Origin: Gammaproteobacteria bacterium
GTDB taxonomy: Bacteria > Pseudomonadota > Gammaproteobacteria > Steroidobacterales > Rariloculaceae
NCBI GenBank assembly: GCA_035513215.1
Contig: DATKCK010000106.1
Span: 15,651 to 79,650, forward strand
Reading direction: 5' to 3'
Length of the DNA: 64,000 bases
The notes under the pieces: model-generated
Databases searched by the model: none
The model's input: only the letters and a program-made list of their open reading frames with translations
Told to the model about the DNA's origin: nothing
In this document: piece after piece, positions 35,273 through 47,030 of the stretch
How positions within the stretch are numbered: position 1 is the first letter of the stretch
Layout: each line of letters starts with the position of its first letter
Translations under genes and position numbers: made by a program

Positions 35273-36354
35273 TGCTCCTGTCGGAATACCTCACGCAGTT
35301 CTATTCGGGGTTCAACGTCTTCAGCTATCAGACGATGCGCGCGATTCTCGGCGCCCTCACGGCTCTGGTCCTGTCGCTCGCGCTCGGGCCCTACCTGATT
35401 AGCCGGCTCTCGAAGGGCCACGTCGGACAGCAAGTCCGCGAGATCGGTCCGGCATCCCATCTGCCGAAGGCCGGCACGCCGACGATGGGCGGCGCGCTGA
35501 TTCTGATTGCGATAGCCGTCAGCACGCTGCTCTGGGCGGATCTTAACAATCGATTCGTCTGGATCGTGCTCGGTGTGACGATGATTTTCGGTCTCATCGG
35601 GTTTGTCGATGACTACAAGAAGCTTAGGGTCCGAAACTCGGAGGGCTTAAGCCCGCGAACGAAATTCTTCTGGCAATCGATTGCGGCGCTCGCTGCGGCC
35701 CTGCTGCTCTACTACACGGCCGACGACCCGCTCGTCGAGCACGCGCTGCTGATTCCCTATTTCCCCAGTCTCCTCGTGCCGTTGAGCATGTTCTTCTACG
35801 TTGCGTTCGTCTATTTCGTCATCGTCGGGAGCTCCAATGGAGTCAACCTGACCGACGGGCTCGATGGCCTCGCGATCATGCCCGCCGTGCTCGTCGGCGG
35901 CGCGCTCGGTCTTTTCGCCTGGGTTTCGGGCAACGTCAACGTTTCCGAATATCTCGACATCCCCTATATCGCGGGGGCGGGCGAGATGCTGATTTTCTGT
36001 GCGGCCCTGGCTGGCGCCGGCCTGGGCTTCTTGTGGTTCAACACGTATCCCGCGCAGGTCTTCATGGGCGACGTCGGTGCGCTTGCACTTGGCGCCGCTC
36101 TCGGCCTCGTGGCGGTCGTGGCGCGGCAGGAACTGGTATTGCTCATCATGGGCGGTGTATTCGTCGTCGAAACCGTCTCGGTCATTATCCAGGTTGCCTC
36201 GTACAAGATGACGGGCCGGCGCATTTTTCGGATGGCCCCGCTGCACCATCACTTCGAGCTCAAGGGCTGGGCAGAGCCGAAGGTTATCGTCCGATTCTGG
36301 ATCATCACGGTCATTCTCGTGCTGGTCGGCCTCGCGAGCCTCAAGGTTCGCTGA
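35266..36354 (+). CDS. mraY: phospho-N-acetylmuramoyl-pentapeptide transferase
   Basis: 362 aa. [49 protein letters not shown]. Confidence 0.97.
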
Positions 36355-37712
36355 TGGCCGCGGTCATGAATGCAACCGGCAAGACATCGGCCCGCTATAC
36401 GCTCGTCGTCGGTCTCGGCGCGAGCGGCCTCGCCGCGGCCCGCTATCTGTGCGCTCAGGGAGAGCCGGTGCTCGTGATCGACAGTCGCCTGGCGCCTCCG
36501 GGGCTCGAGGCGCTCGCCCGCGAGCAAGCCAGGGTCAGGATCGAGCTCGGGACGCTCGACCCGAAGTGGCTCGCCGGCGCCACGCGCATCGTGCTGTCCC
36601 CGGGTCTCTCGGTCGACCTGCCATTGATGGCGGAGGCGCGAAGCCGCGGCATCGAAATCGTCGGCGAGCTCGAGCTGTTCGCCCGGGCCGCGGTCGCGCC
36701 GGTGATCGCGGTAACGGGTTCGAACGGCAAGAGCACGGTAACGAGCCTGGTTGCCGCCTTGCTGAAGGCTGAAGGGTTCGACGCGCCCGCGGGCGGGAAT
36801 CTCGGTCCGCCCGCGCTCGAGTTGCTGGAGCATCGGGACGTCGATGCCTACGTCGTCGAGATCTCGAGCTTTCAGCTCGAGACGGTTCGTTCTATGAAGC
36901 CGGCGGCCGCGGCGCTGCTCAATGTTTCAGCCGATCACATCGACCGGCACGGCAGTCTCGATCGCTACGCATCGCTGAAGGGCTCGTTGCTCACGTCCGC
37001 CCGACGCGCGATCGTCAACTGGGACGACCCGATCGTTCGCGAGCTGGCGCCGCGCGGCGGCGAAACGATCGCCTTTTCCGTCGTGGAGCCCCTGGCTGAC
37101 GGCTGGTCGGTCGTCGAGAAGTCGGGTGAGCGGTGGCTTGCGCGAAGACTCGAGCCCCTGATCCGAAGCGTGGATCTCGGGCTTCCCGGCAGAACCGGCG
37201 AGGCCAACTCCCTTGCGGCGCTGGCGCTCGCCGATTGCCTGGGCGGCGATCTCGCGCCTGCGGTTGCGGCGCTTGCCCGGTTTCGTGGCTTGCCGCACCG
37301 GCTCCAGCTCGTGCGCGAGCTTAACGGAGTGAGCTATGTCAACGACTCCAAGGGCACGAACGTGGGCGCGACGGTCGCGGCGCTTGCAGGCAGCGACAGC
37401 CCGACGGTGTTGATCGCCGGCGGTCAGTCGAAAGGCGCCGACTTTCGGCCGCTCGCCGACGCGCTCGAAGGACGCGTCAAGGCCGTCATCCTGATCGGCG
37501 AGGCGGCGGGCGAGCTCGGGTCGCTCCTTCAGGGCCGCGCACGGGTCGTCCGAGCGGAGAGTCTCGACGTCGCGGTCGAAAAGGCTGCCGCAATCGCCGA
37601 GCCCGGCGACCGCGTGTTGCTGTCGCCGGCCTGCGCCAGTCAGGACATGTTCGTCGACTACAGGGATCGCGGTGATGCTTTCGCGCGCGCCGTCCGAGGG
37701 TTGCCGGAATGA
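36354..37712 (+). CDS. murD: UDP-N-acetylmuramoylalanine--D-glutamate ligase
   Basis: I trimmed the track ORF 36033-37712 to ATG 36354, which overlaps the last base of the mraY stop. GLGASG Rossmann motif, VTGSNGKSTV, NDSKGTN. Confidence 0.95.
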   Translation: MAAVMNATGKTSARYTLVVGLGASGLAAARYLCAQGEPVLVIDSRLAPPGLEALAREQARVRIELGTLDPKWLAGATRIVLSPGLSVDLPLMAEARSRGIEIVGELELFARAAVAPVIAVTGSNGKSTVTSLVAALLKAEGFDAPAGGNLGPPALELLEHRDVDAYVVEISSFQLETVRSMKPAAAALLNVSADHIDRHGSLDRYASLKGSLLTSARRAIVNWDDPIVRELAPRGGETIAFSVVEPLADGWSVVEKSGERWLARRLEPLIRSVDLGLPGRTGEANSLAALALADCLGGDLAPAVAALARFRGLPHRLQLVRELNGVSYVNDSKGTNVGATVAALAGSDSPTVLIAGGQSKGADFRPLADALEGRVKAVILIGEAAGELGSLLQGRARVVRAESLDVAVEKAAAIAEPGDRVLLSPACASQDMFVDYRDRGDAFARAVRGLPE

Positions 37713-38860
37713 CCGTCTCTCTCAGAGCGCCGGCCCCGCCCGATCCGGTGCTGGTCGGCACGTCGCTCGCGCTGATCGGCATCGGCGCGATCATGGCGGG
37801 CTCGGCATCGATCGGCGTGGCTGACGAAGATGTCGGCGAGCCGCTGTTTTTTTTCGTGCAGCATCTCGGGGCGCTCGCGATCGGCCTGGCCGGAATGCTG
37901 CTTGCGATCAAGACGCCGTTGGAATGGTGGCACCGTCTCGCGAGCCTGATGCTGGCCGGCGCTTTCGCCGTACTGATTCTGGTGCTGTTGCCCGGTATCG
38001 GCGACACGGTCAACGGCGCCAGGCGATGGCTCGACATCGGCCCGATCGGATTCCAGGCGTCGGAGCTCGCCCGGTTCATGCTCCTTATGTATCTCGCAAG
38101 CTATGGCGTGCGCCATCGCGAGGCGCTCGCTTCGGGTCTTGCCGGATTCCTGCGACCGATGGTGCTCGTCGGCCTCGCCTCGCTGCTGCTATTGCTCGAA
38201 CCGGATTTCGGAGCCACCGCCGTTCTGATCGCGACGAGCCTCGGGCTTTTGTTCGTCGCCGGCGCGAGGCTGCGCGACCTCAGTGCCGCCGCGCTGGCGG
38301 CGGGCGCGACATTCGCGGCGCTGATCTGGTTCGAGCCGTATCGACTCGATCGTCTACTGTCATGGCTCAACCCCTGGGAAGACGCGCTCGACAGCGGATA
38401 CCAGCTCGTCAACTCGTTCATCGCGATCGGCAGCGGTACCTGGTTCGGCGTCGGTCTCGGTCAGGGCGTGCAGAAAATGCACTACCTGCCGGAGCCGCAC
38501 ACCGATTTCGTGTTCGCCGTGCTGGCCGAAGAGGTCGGACTGGTCGGCGCCACGGTCGTTATCATTCTGTTCTCGATCCTCGTCTTTCGCGCCTTCGAGC
38601 TTGGCCGGCGGGCGCTGGCCGCCGAGCAGACCTTCAACGCGCTGCTTGCGATCGGTATCGGTTTGTCGCTCGGTTTGCAGGCAGCGATCAGCATCGGTGT
38701 CAACACGGGCCTGCTGCCGACCAAGGGACTGACCTTGCCTCTGATCAGTTTCGGCCGGACCAGCATCGTCGTGACATTGTTCGCGCTCGGTCTCCTGCTG
38801 CGAGTGGCACGCGAAATCGAGAATCCGCCGCTGCCGCGACGCGAGAGGGCCGAAGCATGA
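37709..38860 (+). CDS. ftsW: peptidoglycan glycosyltransferase FtsW (SEDS family)
   Basis: 383 aa and polytopic. FQASELARF, HTDFVFAVLAEEVGL, TKGLTLPLISFGRTS. Confidence 0.95.
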   Translation: MTVSLRAPAPPDPVLVGTSLALIGIGAIMAGSASIGVADEDVGEPLFFFVQHLGALAIGLAGMLLAIKTPLEWWHRLASLMLAGAFAVLILVLLPGIGDTVNGARRWLDIGPIGFQASELARFMLLMYLASYGVRHREALASGLAGFLRPMVLVGLASLLLLLEPDFGATAVLIATSLGLLFVAGARLRDLSAAALAAGATFAALIWFEPYRLDRLLSWLNPWEDALDSGYQLVNSFIAIGSGTWFGVGLGQGVQKMHYLPEPHTDFVFAVLAEEVGLVGATVVIILFSILVFRAFELGRRALAAEQTFNALLAIGIGLSLGLQAAISIGVNTGLLPTKGLTLPLISFGRTSIVVTLFALGLLLRVAREIENPPLPRRERAEA

Positions 38861-39942
38861 GCGCCGCGCCGATTCTGATCATGGCCGGCGGAACCGGAGG
38901 CCACGTGTTCCCGGGGCTCGCCGTCGCAGAGGCGCTGCTGGCGCGCAATCAGTCCGTGGTCTGGCTCGGCACGCGGCGCGGACTCGAGGCCGAGCTCGTG
39001 CCCGCGCGCGAAATCGACATCGAGTGGATATCGATTGCGGGCGTGCGCGGCCGCGGCTTCGGCGCCTGGATCGTTGCACCGTTCAAGATCGTCTGGGCGA
39101 TGTTTCAGGCGCTCGCCGTGATGGTTCGTCGTCGGCCGGGCGCCGTGCTCGGTCTCGGCGGCTTCGTGGCGGGGCCTGGAGGCATCGCCGCCTGGCTCGC
39201 GCGAAAGCCGCTCGTGATTCACGAGCAAAACGCCGTTGCCGGCACGACGAACCGGCTGCTTGCGCGATTCGCAAGCCGCGTCTTCGAAGCGTTTGCCAAC
39301 AGCTTTCCGGCGAGCGCGCAGGCGATCGAGATCGGCAACCCCGTGCGGGCATCGATTCTCGCTCGAAGGCACGAGACGTCGGACCTGACGACGGCCGATC
39401 GTCCCGTGCATCTGCTCGTTCTCGGCGGCAGCCAGGGCGCGCTCGCGCTGAACCGGGCCGTGCCCGCCGCCATTGCGCGGCTTCGAGCAGACCTCAAGCC
39501 TACGATTCGGCATCAGGCCGGCCGCAGCCTCGAGGCAGCCGAGCAGGCTTACCGCATGGCCGGGGTCGAGTCCGAGAGCGTTGCCTTCATCGACGACATG
39601 GCCGAAGCCTATGCCTGGGCGGACATCGTCGTCGCGCGCGCCGGCGCATTGACGCTGTCCGAGCTTGCGGCGGCGGGCGTCGGTGCGATCCTCGTGCCGT
39701 TCCCGCATGCGATCGACGATCATCAACGCAAGAATGCCGAGGTTTTCGCGGCCGCCGGCGCCGCGCTGATCGTGCCGCAGGACGAGCTCGAAGCCGAGCC
39801 GCTGGCGGCGGAGCTCACGCGCCTCTTCGCTGACCGCGCCGAGCTCGTGGCGATGGGGAAACGCTGCCGATCGCTCGCGCGACCCGACGCGGCGCGCGTG
39901 CTCGCCGACGCCTGCATAGATCTTGCCGGAGCGCGGCCATGA
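38857..39942 (+). CDS. murG: undecaprenyldiphospho-muramoylpentapeptide beta-N-acetylglucosaminyltransferase
   Basis: I trimmed the track ORF 37924-39942 to ATG 38857 (ATGA overlap with ftsW). [45 protein letters not shown]. Confidence 0.95.
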   Translation: MSAAPILIMAGGTGGHVFPGLAVAEALLARNQSVVWLGTRRGLEAELVPAREIDIEWISIAGVRGRGFGAWIVAPFKIVWAMFQALAVMVRRRPGAVLGLGGFVAGPGGIAAWLARKPLVIHEQNAVAGTTNRLLARFASRVFEAFANSFPASAQAIEIGNPVRASILARRHETSDLTTADRPVHLLVLGGSQGALALNRAVPAAIARLRADLKPTIRHQAGRSLEAAEQAYRMAGVESESVAFIDDMAEAYAWADIVVARAGALTLSELAAAGVGAILVPFPHAIDDHQRKNAEVFAAAGAALIVPQDELEAEPLAAELTRLFADRAELVAMGKRCRSLARPDAARVLADACIDLAGARP

Positions 39943-41363
39943 ACGAGCGCATGGGCAACATTCAGACCATTCACTTCGTCGGCATCGGCGGCGTTGGCAT
40001 GGCCGGCATCGCCGAGGTCCTGATCAGTCTCGGCTACCGCGTTCAGGGCTCCGACCTGAAGGCCGGCAACGCAACGGCCAGGCTCGAAAGGCTCGGGGCC
40101 GACATCGCGATCGGCCATCGATCCGAGAATCTCGCCTCGGCCGACGTCGTCGTCGTCTCGAGCGCCGTGTCCGCCGATAACCCGGAAGTCGTTGCCGCGC
40201 AAACGGCGAGGATTCCCGTCGTTCGCCGCGCTCAGATGCTCGCCGAGCTCATGCGCTTTCGCTACGGCATCGCTGTTGCCGGCACCCACGGCAAGACCAC
40301 GACCACGAGTCTCGTTGCGAGCATTCTCGCGGAGGGCGGTCTCGATCCGACATTCGTGATCGGCGGGCGGCTCGCGAGCGTCGATGCCAATGCGCGCCTC
40401 GGTGCCGGACGCTACCTCGTCGCCGAAGCCGACGAGAGCGATGCTTCGTTCCTTCATCTGCAACCGATGATCTCGGTCGTCACGAACATCGATGCCGATC
40501 ATCTGGTCGCCTACGGCGGTGAGATCGCAAAGCTCAAGCAGGGGTTCCTCGAGTTCCTGCACAACCTTCCCTTCTATGGGCTCGCCGTCATGTGCAGCGA
40601 TGACGACAATACGCGCGAGCTGATCCCCGACGTCGGCAGGCGCGTCGTCAGCTACGGCTTCGGCGAGCACGACGATGCTCGCGTCGAGGTGCTCGAGGCC
40701 CGCGGGCTCACGACGACGTTTCGGATTCACCACAACGGGCTCCCCGCAGCCGAGACCTTCGATCTGAACCTCCCGGGCCGGCACAATGTTCTGAACGCCA
40801 CGGCCGCGATCTCGGTGGCCGTCGAGCTCGGTGTCGATATCGACGCGATCAGGCGCGCTCTGGCCGGATTCTCGGGTATCGATCGGCGTCTCCAGGTGTT
40901 GGGAGAAGTCGACACGCGGGCCGGCTCCGTCCTCTTCGCCGACGATTACGGTCACCATCCGACCGAGATTGCGGCCACGCTCGCGGCCGCTGGCGATGCC
41001 TGGCCCGGGCGGCGGCTCGTCGTCGTATTCCAGCCGCATCGCTATACGAGAACGCATGAGCTGTTCGACGAGTTCGCCCGGGTCCTGTCGACCTGCGACG
41101 CGCTCGTGTTGTTGCCGGTCTATCCGGCAGGCGAGCAGCCGATCACGGGGGCGGACAGCAAGAGTCTGGCACGCGCCATCCGCGCGCGCGGATCGGTCGA
41201 GCCCGTGCTCGTCGATGAGCTCGACGGCCTGCCCGACGTGCTCGGCAACATCGTCAAGGCCAACGACGTCGTGCTGACGCTCGGTGCCGGGAGCATCGGG
41301 TCCGTCGCGTCCGGGCTCGTCGATGCGATGCGCGCGCGCCGCCCGGTCGGAGTCAAGGCGTGA
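39939..41363 (+). CDS. murC: UDP-N-acetylmuramate--L-alanine ligase
   Basis: 474 aa. [39 protein letters not shown]. Confidence 0.96.
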   Translation: MNERMGNIQTIHFVGIGGVGMAGIAEVLISLGYRVQGSDLKAGNATARLERLGADIAIGHRSENLASADVVVVSSAVSADNPEVVAAQTARIPVVRRAQMLAELMRFRYGIAVAGTHGKTTTTSLVASILAEGGLDPTFVIGGRLASVDANARLGAGRYLVAEADESDASFLHLQPMISVVTNIDADHLVAYGGEIAKLKQGFLEFLHNLPFYGLAVMCSDDDNTRELIPDVGRRVVSYGFGEHDDARVEVLEARGLTTTFRIHHNGLPAAETFDLNLPGRHNVLNATAAISVAVELGVDIDAIRRALAGFSGIDRRLQVLGEVDTRAGSVLFADDYGHHPTEIAATLAAAGDAWPGRRLVVVFQPHRYTRTHELFDEFARVLSTCDALVLLPVYPAGEQPITGADSKSLARAIRARGSVEPVLVDELDGLPDVLGNIVKANDVVLTLGAGSIGSVASGLVDAMRARRPVGVKA

Positions 41364-42265
41364 GTGTGGCAATCAATCCGATGAGCGACAAATCCACCGT
41401 GCGGCGCTCAGAACCGATGTCGCGGCACACGTCGTGGCGCGTCGGGGGAGCCGCCGATCTCTATTACGAGCCTGGGACGGTCGAGGAGCTCGGGTCTTTC
41501 CTCGCGTCCCTGCCGCAAGACTGCCCCGTCACCTGGATCGGGCTCGGCTCGAACCTGCTCGTGCGCGACGGCGGCATCCGCGGCGCCGTCGTCGCTACGA
41601 GCGCGCTGCCGAAGATCTTCGAGCACGCGAGCGGAGGCCGCGTTCGGGCGAGCGCCGCCTTGCCGTGCGCGACCCTGGCGAAGCGCGCCGCCCGTCTGGG
41701 ATTGGGGCCCGCGGCCTTCTTCGCAGGAATCCCGGGCAGCGTCGGTGGCGCGCTGGCGATGAACGCAGGCGCTTTCGGAGGTGAGACCTGGGACAGCGTC
41801 GCGAGCGTCGAGACCATCGATCGCGCCGGGGCGATCAGAGCGCGGGGCAGGAGCGACTATGAAATCGGTTACCGGTCCGTGCGGGGTCCCGAACGGGAGT
41901 GGTTTCTCGCGGCGACATTCGCCTTTGCCGAAGCCTTGCCGGCGGAGCCTGCAAGGATTCGGTCGCTGCTCAGGGAGCGATCGGACAAGCAGCCGCTCGG
42001 GCTGCCGAGCGCAGGGTCCGTGTTCCGGAATCCGGAAGGCGCGCACGCCGGGGAGCTGATCGAGAAGGCGGGGCTCAAGGGCATGCGTCGCGGCGGCGCC
42101 GTCGTTGCCGATAAGCATGCCAACTTCATCATCAATACCGGTTCCGCCACAGCGGCCGATATCGAGACGCTGATCGAAGCCATCAGGCAGCGCGTCAGCG
42201 AGGCGACCGGTATCGAGCTCGTGCCCGAAGTGCGAATCCTCGGTGAGCGGAAGGAGAGCCGCTAG
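41360..42265 (+). CDS. murB: UDP-N-acetylenolpyruvoylglucosamine reductase
   Basis: 301 aa. FAD-binding [46 protein letters not shown]. Confidence 0.93.
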   Translation: MSVAINPMSDKSTVRRSEPMSRHTSWRVGGAADLYYEPGTVEELGSFLASLPQDCPVTWIGLGSNLLVRDGGIRGAVVATSALPKIFEHASGGRVRASAALPCATLAKRAARLGLGPAAFFAGIPGSVGGALAMNAGAFGGETWDSVASVETIDRAGAIRARGRSDYEIGYRSVRGPEREWFLAATFAFAEALPAEPARIRSLLRERSDKQPLGLPSAGSVFRNPEGAHAGELIEKAGLKGMRRGGAVVADKHANFIINTGSATAADIETLIEAIRQRVSEATGIELVPEVRILGERKESR

Positions 42266-43069
42266 ATGGCGCGCTCCCGACGCAATCGACTGAAGAGCCC
42301 GAAGCGCGAGTTGCCGAAGCTCCCGCCCCTGCCGCGTCCGACCATCGACTTTGGCGCGGTCTTCGCCGCCGTCGCTTTGAGCGCCATTGCGCTCATCAGC
42401 TTCGCGCTCGGCCGGGAGCTTCTCGATCTTCCGGTCAGGACGCTCGACATCGAGGGCAGGTTCCAGCGCGTCACCAAGCTCGAAATCCTCGCGGCGGCGC
42501 AGCCGGCTCTCAGGGAGAGCTTTCTGACGCTCGACCTCGAGGACATCAGGCGCCGCGTTGCCGCCATCGACTGGGTCGATACGGTCAGACTGCGGCGCGT
42601 TTGGCCCGATACCTTGAAGATCTCGTATCAGGAGCACCGTGCCGCGGCGAGCTGGGGGGACGACGGACTGCTCAATACTCGCGGTGAGCTCTTCGCCAGC
42701 GACGTGCAACGCGAGTATCTGGAGCTGCCGCGGCTCGCGGGCCCCGAGGGCAGCCATCAGCGCGTGGCGGCGACGTATGTCGCCGTGCGCGACAGGCTGA
42801 CGCGCGCGAACCTGATTCTCGAATCGATCGAGATGGATGCGCGCGGTGCGTTCTCGATCGGGCTCGCCGGAGGCATGAGGGTCCGGATCGGGCGCGACGA
42901 TGTCGACGGCCGCATCGACCGGTTCTTCGCCGCGGCAGTGCCGACGCTCGCGGGTGAGATCGATCGGATCGACTACATCGATCTGCGTTATGCGAACGGC
43001 TTTGCCGTCGGTTGGCGCGACGAAGCGGTTTCGGATGCGACGACGGTGAGGGTCGAAGGCGGTGGCTAG
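42266..43069 (+). CDS. ftsQ: cell division protein FtsQ
   Basis: 267 aa. Basic N-terminus, a single TM (VFAAVALSAIALISFAL), and a POTRA region (VRTLDIEGRFQRVTKLEI...). The ATG directly abuts the murB TAG. Confidence 0.88.
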   Translation: MARSRRNRLKSPKRELPKLPPLPRPTIDFGAVFAAVALSAIALISFALGRELLDLPVRTLDIEGRFQRVTKLEILAAAQPALRESFLTLDLEDIRRRVAAIDWVDTVRLRRVWPDTLKISYQEHRAAASWGDDGLLNTRGELFASDVQREYLELPRLAGPEGSHQRVAATYVAVRDRLTRANLILESIEMDARGAFSIGLAGGMRVRIGRDDVDGRIDRFFAAAVPTLAGEIDRIDYIDLRYANGFAVGWRDEAVSDATTVRVEGGG

Positions 43070-44297
43070 GCGCGACGATCGCAATCTGCTCGTCGGGCTC
43101 GACATCGGGACGTCGAAGGTCGTCGCTATCGTCGCCGAGGTGTCGCCGGAAGGTCTCATCGAGGTTATCGGGCTCGGCTCGAGCACGTCGCGAGGCCTGA
43201 AGCGGGGCGTCGTGGTCAATATCGAATCGACGGTGCAGTCGATTCAGCGCGCGATCGAGGAAGCGGAACTCATGGCCGGCTGCGAGATCAACACGGTCTA
43301 TACGGGGATAGCGGGCAGTCACGTCAAGAGCCTGAACTCTCACGGCATCGTCGCGATCCGCGACAAGGAGGTCAGCGCGACCGACGTCGAGCGTGTCATC
43401 GATGCCGCCAAAGCCGTCGCGATTCCGGCGGATCAGCGCGTGCTGCACGTCCTGCCGCAGGAGTTCATCATCGATTCGCAGGAAGGCATCCCCGAGCCGA
43501 TCGGCATGTCGGGCGTCAGGCTCGAGGCCCGCGTGCACCTCGTGACGGGCGCCGTCAGCGCCGCGCAAAACATCGTCAAGTGCGTGCAGCGCTGCGGGCT
43601 CAGCGTCGAGGACATCGTCCTCGAGCAGCTCGCGTCGAGCTATGCCGTTTTGACCGAGGACGAGAAGGAACTCGGGATCTGCATCATCGACATGGGCGGC
43701 GGAACGACGGACATCGCGGTTTTCTGCGGCGGGGCCATCCAGCACACGGCCGTCATTCCGATCGCGGGCGCACAGGTCACGAACGACATTGCCGTGTCGC
43801 TCAGGACGCCGGCCCAGTACGCCGAAGAGATCAAGATCAAGTACGCCTGCGCGCTGTCGCAGCTCGCCAACCCCGACGAGACGATCGAGGTGCCGAGCGT
43901 CGGCGACAGGCCGCCGCGGCGCCTCGCGCGACAGACGTTGGCCGAGGTCGTCGAGCCGCGCTACGAGGAATTGTTCCACCTCGTGCGCAAGGAGCTGCGT
44001 CGTTCGGGGTTCGAGGAGCTGATTGCGGCCGGCATCGTGCTTACCGGTGGCAGCGCGAAGATGGAAGGCGCGATCGAGCTGGCCGAAGAGGTCTTTCACA
44101 TGCCGGTTCGTCTCGGCGTGCCGCAATACGTCGAAGGCCTTTCCGACGTCGTTCGCAATCCGATTCATGCAACCGGAGTCGGGCTCCTGCTCTACGGGCG
44201 GGAGGCTCTACAGGCGCGCGCGGAAGCGGCGCAATCGAAGCTGGGTTTGGGCAGTGTATTCCGACGAATGAAGTCATGGTTTCAAGGGAATCTTTAG
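43062..44297 (+). CDS. ftsA: cell division protein FtsA
   Basis: 411 aa. Actin-like ATPase motifs LDIGTSKVVAIV, IDMGGGTTDIAVF, VLTGGSA. The C-terminal amphipathic tail is FRRMKSWFQGNL. Confidence 0.96.
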   Translation: MARRDDRNLLVGLDIGTSKVVAIVAEVSPEGLIEVIGLGSSTSRGLKRGVVVNIESTVQSIQRAIEEAELMAGCEINTVYTGIAGSHVKSLNSHGIVAIRDKEVSATDVERVIDAAKAVAIPADQRVLHVLPQEFIIDSQEGIPEPIGMSGVRLEARVHLVTGAVSAAQNIVKCVQRCGLSVEDIVLEQLASSYAVLTEDEKELGICIIDMGGGTTDIAVFCGGAIQHTAVIPIAGAQVTNDIAVSLRTPAQYAEEIKIKYACALSQLANPDETIEVPSVGDRPPRRLARQTLAEVVEPRYEELFHLVRKELRRSGFEELIAAGIVLTGGSAKMEGAIELAEEVFHMPVRLGVPQYVEGLSDVVRNPIHATGVGLLLYGREALQARAEAAQSKLGLGSVFRRMKSWFQGNL

Positions 44298-44321
44298 TGT
44301 TGTCGTTTAAGGAGTTTGAAC

Positions 44322-45464
44322 ATGTTTGAGTTGATGGACGGCTACAGCGAAACAGCGATCATCAAGGTCATCGGTATTGGCGGTGGCGGTGGCAACGCCG
44401 TAGCGCATATGGTCCGGGCGGGCATCGACGGGGTGGATTTCATTTGCGCCAACACCGACGCGCAGGCGCTCAAGAACGCGAAGGTCAAGACGGGGCTTCA
44501 GATCGGCTGCAACATCACCAAGGGTCTCGGGGCGGGCGCCAACCCGGAGGTGGGACGACAGGCAGCGATCGAGGATCGGGACCGGATTCATGAGGTCATC
44601 GAAGGCGCCGACATGCTCTTTATCACGGCGGGTCTCGGCGGCGGCACGGGCACCGGCGCGGCGCCGATCATCGCCCAGCTTGCCAAGGAGCTCGGGGTAC
44701 TGACGGTCGCCGTCGTGACGCGGCCGTTCGAGATGGAAGGCACGAAGCGCATGCGTGTCGCCGACCAGGGCATCGCGGAGCTCGCGAAGTACGTCGACTC
44801 GCTGATCACGATTCCGAACGAGAAGCTTCTGACCGTGCTCGGGCCGCAGACGACGTTGCTCGATGCTTTCCGCGCGGCGAACGAGGTTCTTCAGGGGGCC
44901 GTGCAGGGCATCGCCGAGCTGATCACGCGGCCGGGGCTCATCAACGTCGACTTCGCCGATGTCAGGACCGTCATGTCCGAGATGGGCATGGCCATGATGG
45001 GCTCGGGCACGGCGACGGGCGAGGATCGCGCGCGGGTCGCGGCGGAAGCGGCCATTTCGAGCCCGCTGCTCGAGGACATCAATCTCGCCGGCGCCAACGG
45101 CATTCTCGTCAACGTGACGGCAGGCATGGATCTGTCGATCGGCGAGTTCCAGGAGGTCGGGGACACGGTCAAGCAATTCGCGTCGGACGACGCGACCGTC
45201 GTCATCGGGACGGTCATCGATCCCGAGATGTCGCAGGAGATCAGGGTCACGGTCGTCGCTACGGGTCTCGGTCAGGGCGCGGTCGCGGCGAAGGATCCGC
45301 AGGTTCGCATCGTGGCGCCCCCGAGGCACCGCGAGACGAATTACCGGGACTTCGACACTCCTTCGGTGCAGCGGAAGCTCAGCGTGGGAGAGTCGAGGAG
45401 CGAGGACGAGGAGCTGCAGGAGATGCTCGACGTGCCGGCCTTCCTTCGCCGCCAGGCCAACTGA
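44322..45464 (+). CDS. ftsZ: cell division GTPase FtsZ
   Basis: The start is taken at ATG 44322 (MFELMD...), 7 nt after AAGGAG (44309-14), rather than the track's TTG 44316. The tubulin signature [10 protein letters not shown] is present. The conserved C-terminal peptide is [11 protein letters not shown]. Confidence 0.97.
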   Translation: MFELMDGYSETAIIKVIGIGGGGGNAVAHMVRAGIDGVDFICANTDAQALKNAKVKTGLQIGCNITKGLGAGANPEVGRQAAIEDRDRIHEVIEGADMLFITAGLGGGTGTGAAPIIAQLAKELGVLTVAVVTRPFEMEGTKRMRVADQGIAELAKYVDSLITIPNEKLLTVLGPQTTLLDAFRAANEVLQGAVQGIAELITRPGLINVDFADVRTVMSEMGMAMMGSGTATGEDRARVAAEAAISSPLLEDINLAGANGILVNVTAGMDLSIGEFQEVGDTVKQFASDDATVVIGTVIDPEMSQEIRVTVVATGLGQGAVAAKDPQVRIVAPPRHRETNYRDFDTPSVQRKLSVGESRSEDEELQEMLDVPAFLRRQAN

Positions 45465-45547
45465 AGAGCCGTTTCCTTGCCGAGCGACAGGTCGCGTGCT
45501 ACCGTCCCGGGCCCGCTCGCTCGACCAGTGGAAAAGGGAAGCTTCAC

Positions 45548-46459
45548 TTGAGGCAGCGTACGCTCAAAGACTCGATCCGGGCGACCGGAATCGGCCTGCA
45601 CGGGGGGGCCAAGGTCTATATGACCCTGCGTCCGGCGCCGGCGAACACCGGCATCGTGTTTCGGCGCCTGGATCTGGCCGAGCCGGTCGATGTGCCGGCT
45701 ACGGCCCTCAACGTGACCGAAACCAACCTCGGAACGACGCTCGAGAACGGCGCGGGGAAGGTCGCGACCGTCGAGCATCTGATGTCGGCGCTGGCGGGCC
45801 TCGGCATCGATAACGTGCTGATCGACCTGACTGGCGCCGAGGTGCCGATCATGGACGGCAGCGCGGCGCCGTTCGTTTTTCTGATCCAGTCCGCCGGCAT
45901 CGAAGAGCAGCCGGCGGACAAGCGCTTCATTCGTATCCTGCGGCCGATCGAGGTGACCGAAGGCGACAAATGGGCGCGGCTCGAGCCCTACGACGGCTTC
46001 AAGGTCAATTTCGAGATCGACTTCGATCATCCCGTGCTGCGAAAGCATCGGCAAAGAGCGAGCCTCGACTTCTCGACGACCGCGTTTCTCAAGGAGATCA
46101 GCCGGGCACGGACGTTCGGATTTCTGAAGGACGTCGAAACGCTGCGGGCCAACGAGCTCGCTCTCGGAGGCAGCCTCGATAATGCGATCGTCATGGACGA
46201 ATATCGTGTCCTGAACGAGGACGGGCTCAGATTCAAGGACGAGTTCGTCCGCCACAAGGTGCTCGATGCCGTCGGCGACCTCTATCTGCTCGGATCGTGT
46301 CTGATCGGCGAGTTCACGGGGTTCAAGTCCGGTCACAGGCTCAACAATCTCCTGCTGCGCGCCTTGCTCGAGCAGCCCGAAGCCTTTGAAGAGATCATTT
46401 TCGACACGGTGAGGCCCTCGCCCGTGTCCTATCAGCTTCAGCCGGCAGCCGCCGACTGA
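45548..46459 (+). CDS. lpxC: UDP-3-O-acyl-N-acetylglucosamine deacetylase
   Basis: 303 aa with a TTG start. [37 protein letters not shown]. Confidence 0.96.
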   Translation: MRQRTLKDSIRATGIGLHGGAKVYMTLRPAPANTGIVFRRLDLAEPVDVPATALNVTETNLGTTLENGAGKVATVEHLMSALAGLGIDNVLIDLTGAEVPIMDGSAAPFVFLIQSAGIEEQPADKRFIRILRPIEVTEGDKWARLEPYDGFKVNFEIDFDHPVLRKHRQRASLDFSTTAFLKEISRARTFGFLKDVETLRANELALGGSLDNAIVMDEYRVLNEDGLRFKDEFVRHKVLDAVGDLYLLGSCLIGEFTGFKSGHRLNNLLLRALLEQPEAFEEIIFDTVRPSPVSYQLQPAAAD

Positions 46460-46473
46460 GCGTCCGGACCGGC

Positions 46474-46761
46474 CTAGGCCTGACCACCGCCAGGCACGGA
46501 CACGCGTACCCTGACGGGCCGACCGCAAAGCTCCGACACCGAATACCGCAGGCGCGCGGCCCAGGCCGAGGAGTCCATGCCGATGACGAGGCGTCCCTGA
46601 TCGTCGAGGTGCGCGCTGACCACATGTCCCGCCTCGGCTTCCGGGAGCTCGGATCGGACCTGCTCGGCGAGCTCCCGGCGCTCGAGCGCCTCGCGCCGGA
46701 GCCGCGATATGTCGCCAGTTTGCAACAGTTCGCCGATGGATCGGGGGCTGTTACCCCTCAT
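46474..46761 (-). CDS. DUF721 family protein (DciA-like)
   Basis: 95 aa. The C-terminal segment GRLVIGMDSSAWAARLRY fits the DUF721 consensus as I remember it (L.v.v.ssawa.eL). Its position between lpxC and secA is conserved in many Gamma- and Betaproteobacteria. Confidence 0.65.
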   Translation of the reverse strand: MRGNSPRSIGELLQTGDISRLRREALERRELAEQVRSELPEAEAGHVVSAHLDDQGRLVIGMDSSAWAARLRYSVSELCGRPVRVRVSVPGGGQA

Positions 46762-47030
46762 TCTGAGACCAGCGTCAACGTTTTGGGTCTCGAAGCTTGA
46801 GCCTGGCTCCGGATGCGCTCATGCTGGCCGAGCGCGAGAATGGGCAAACCGTTCGCGAGAACGGGACGCAAAGCCACCGATCTTGTGGATCGATTCCGAA
46901 GACAGCGGGGTTGCGAGGTGCAGTACAGCAAAATTCGTTATACTCGGGACGCTTCGAGCTCGCGCGTCGCGCCATGGTCGGCGCGTGAGAATAATAACGC
47001 TGTCAGACATCGCATTCGAGGCGTGCGTAA

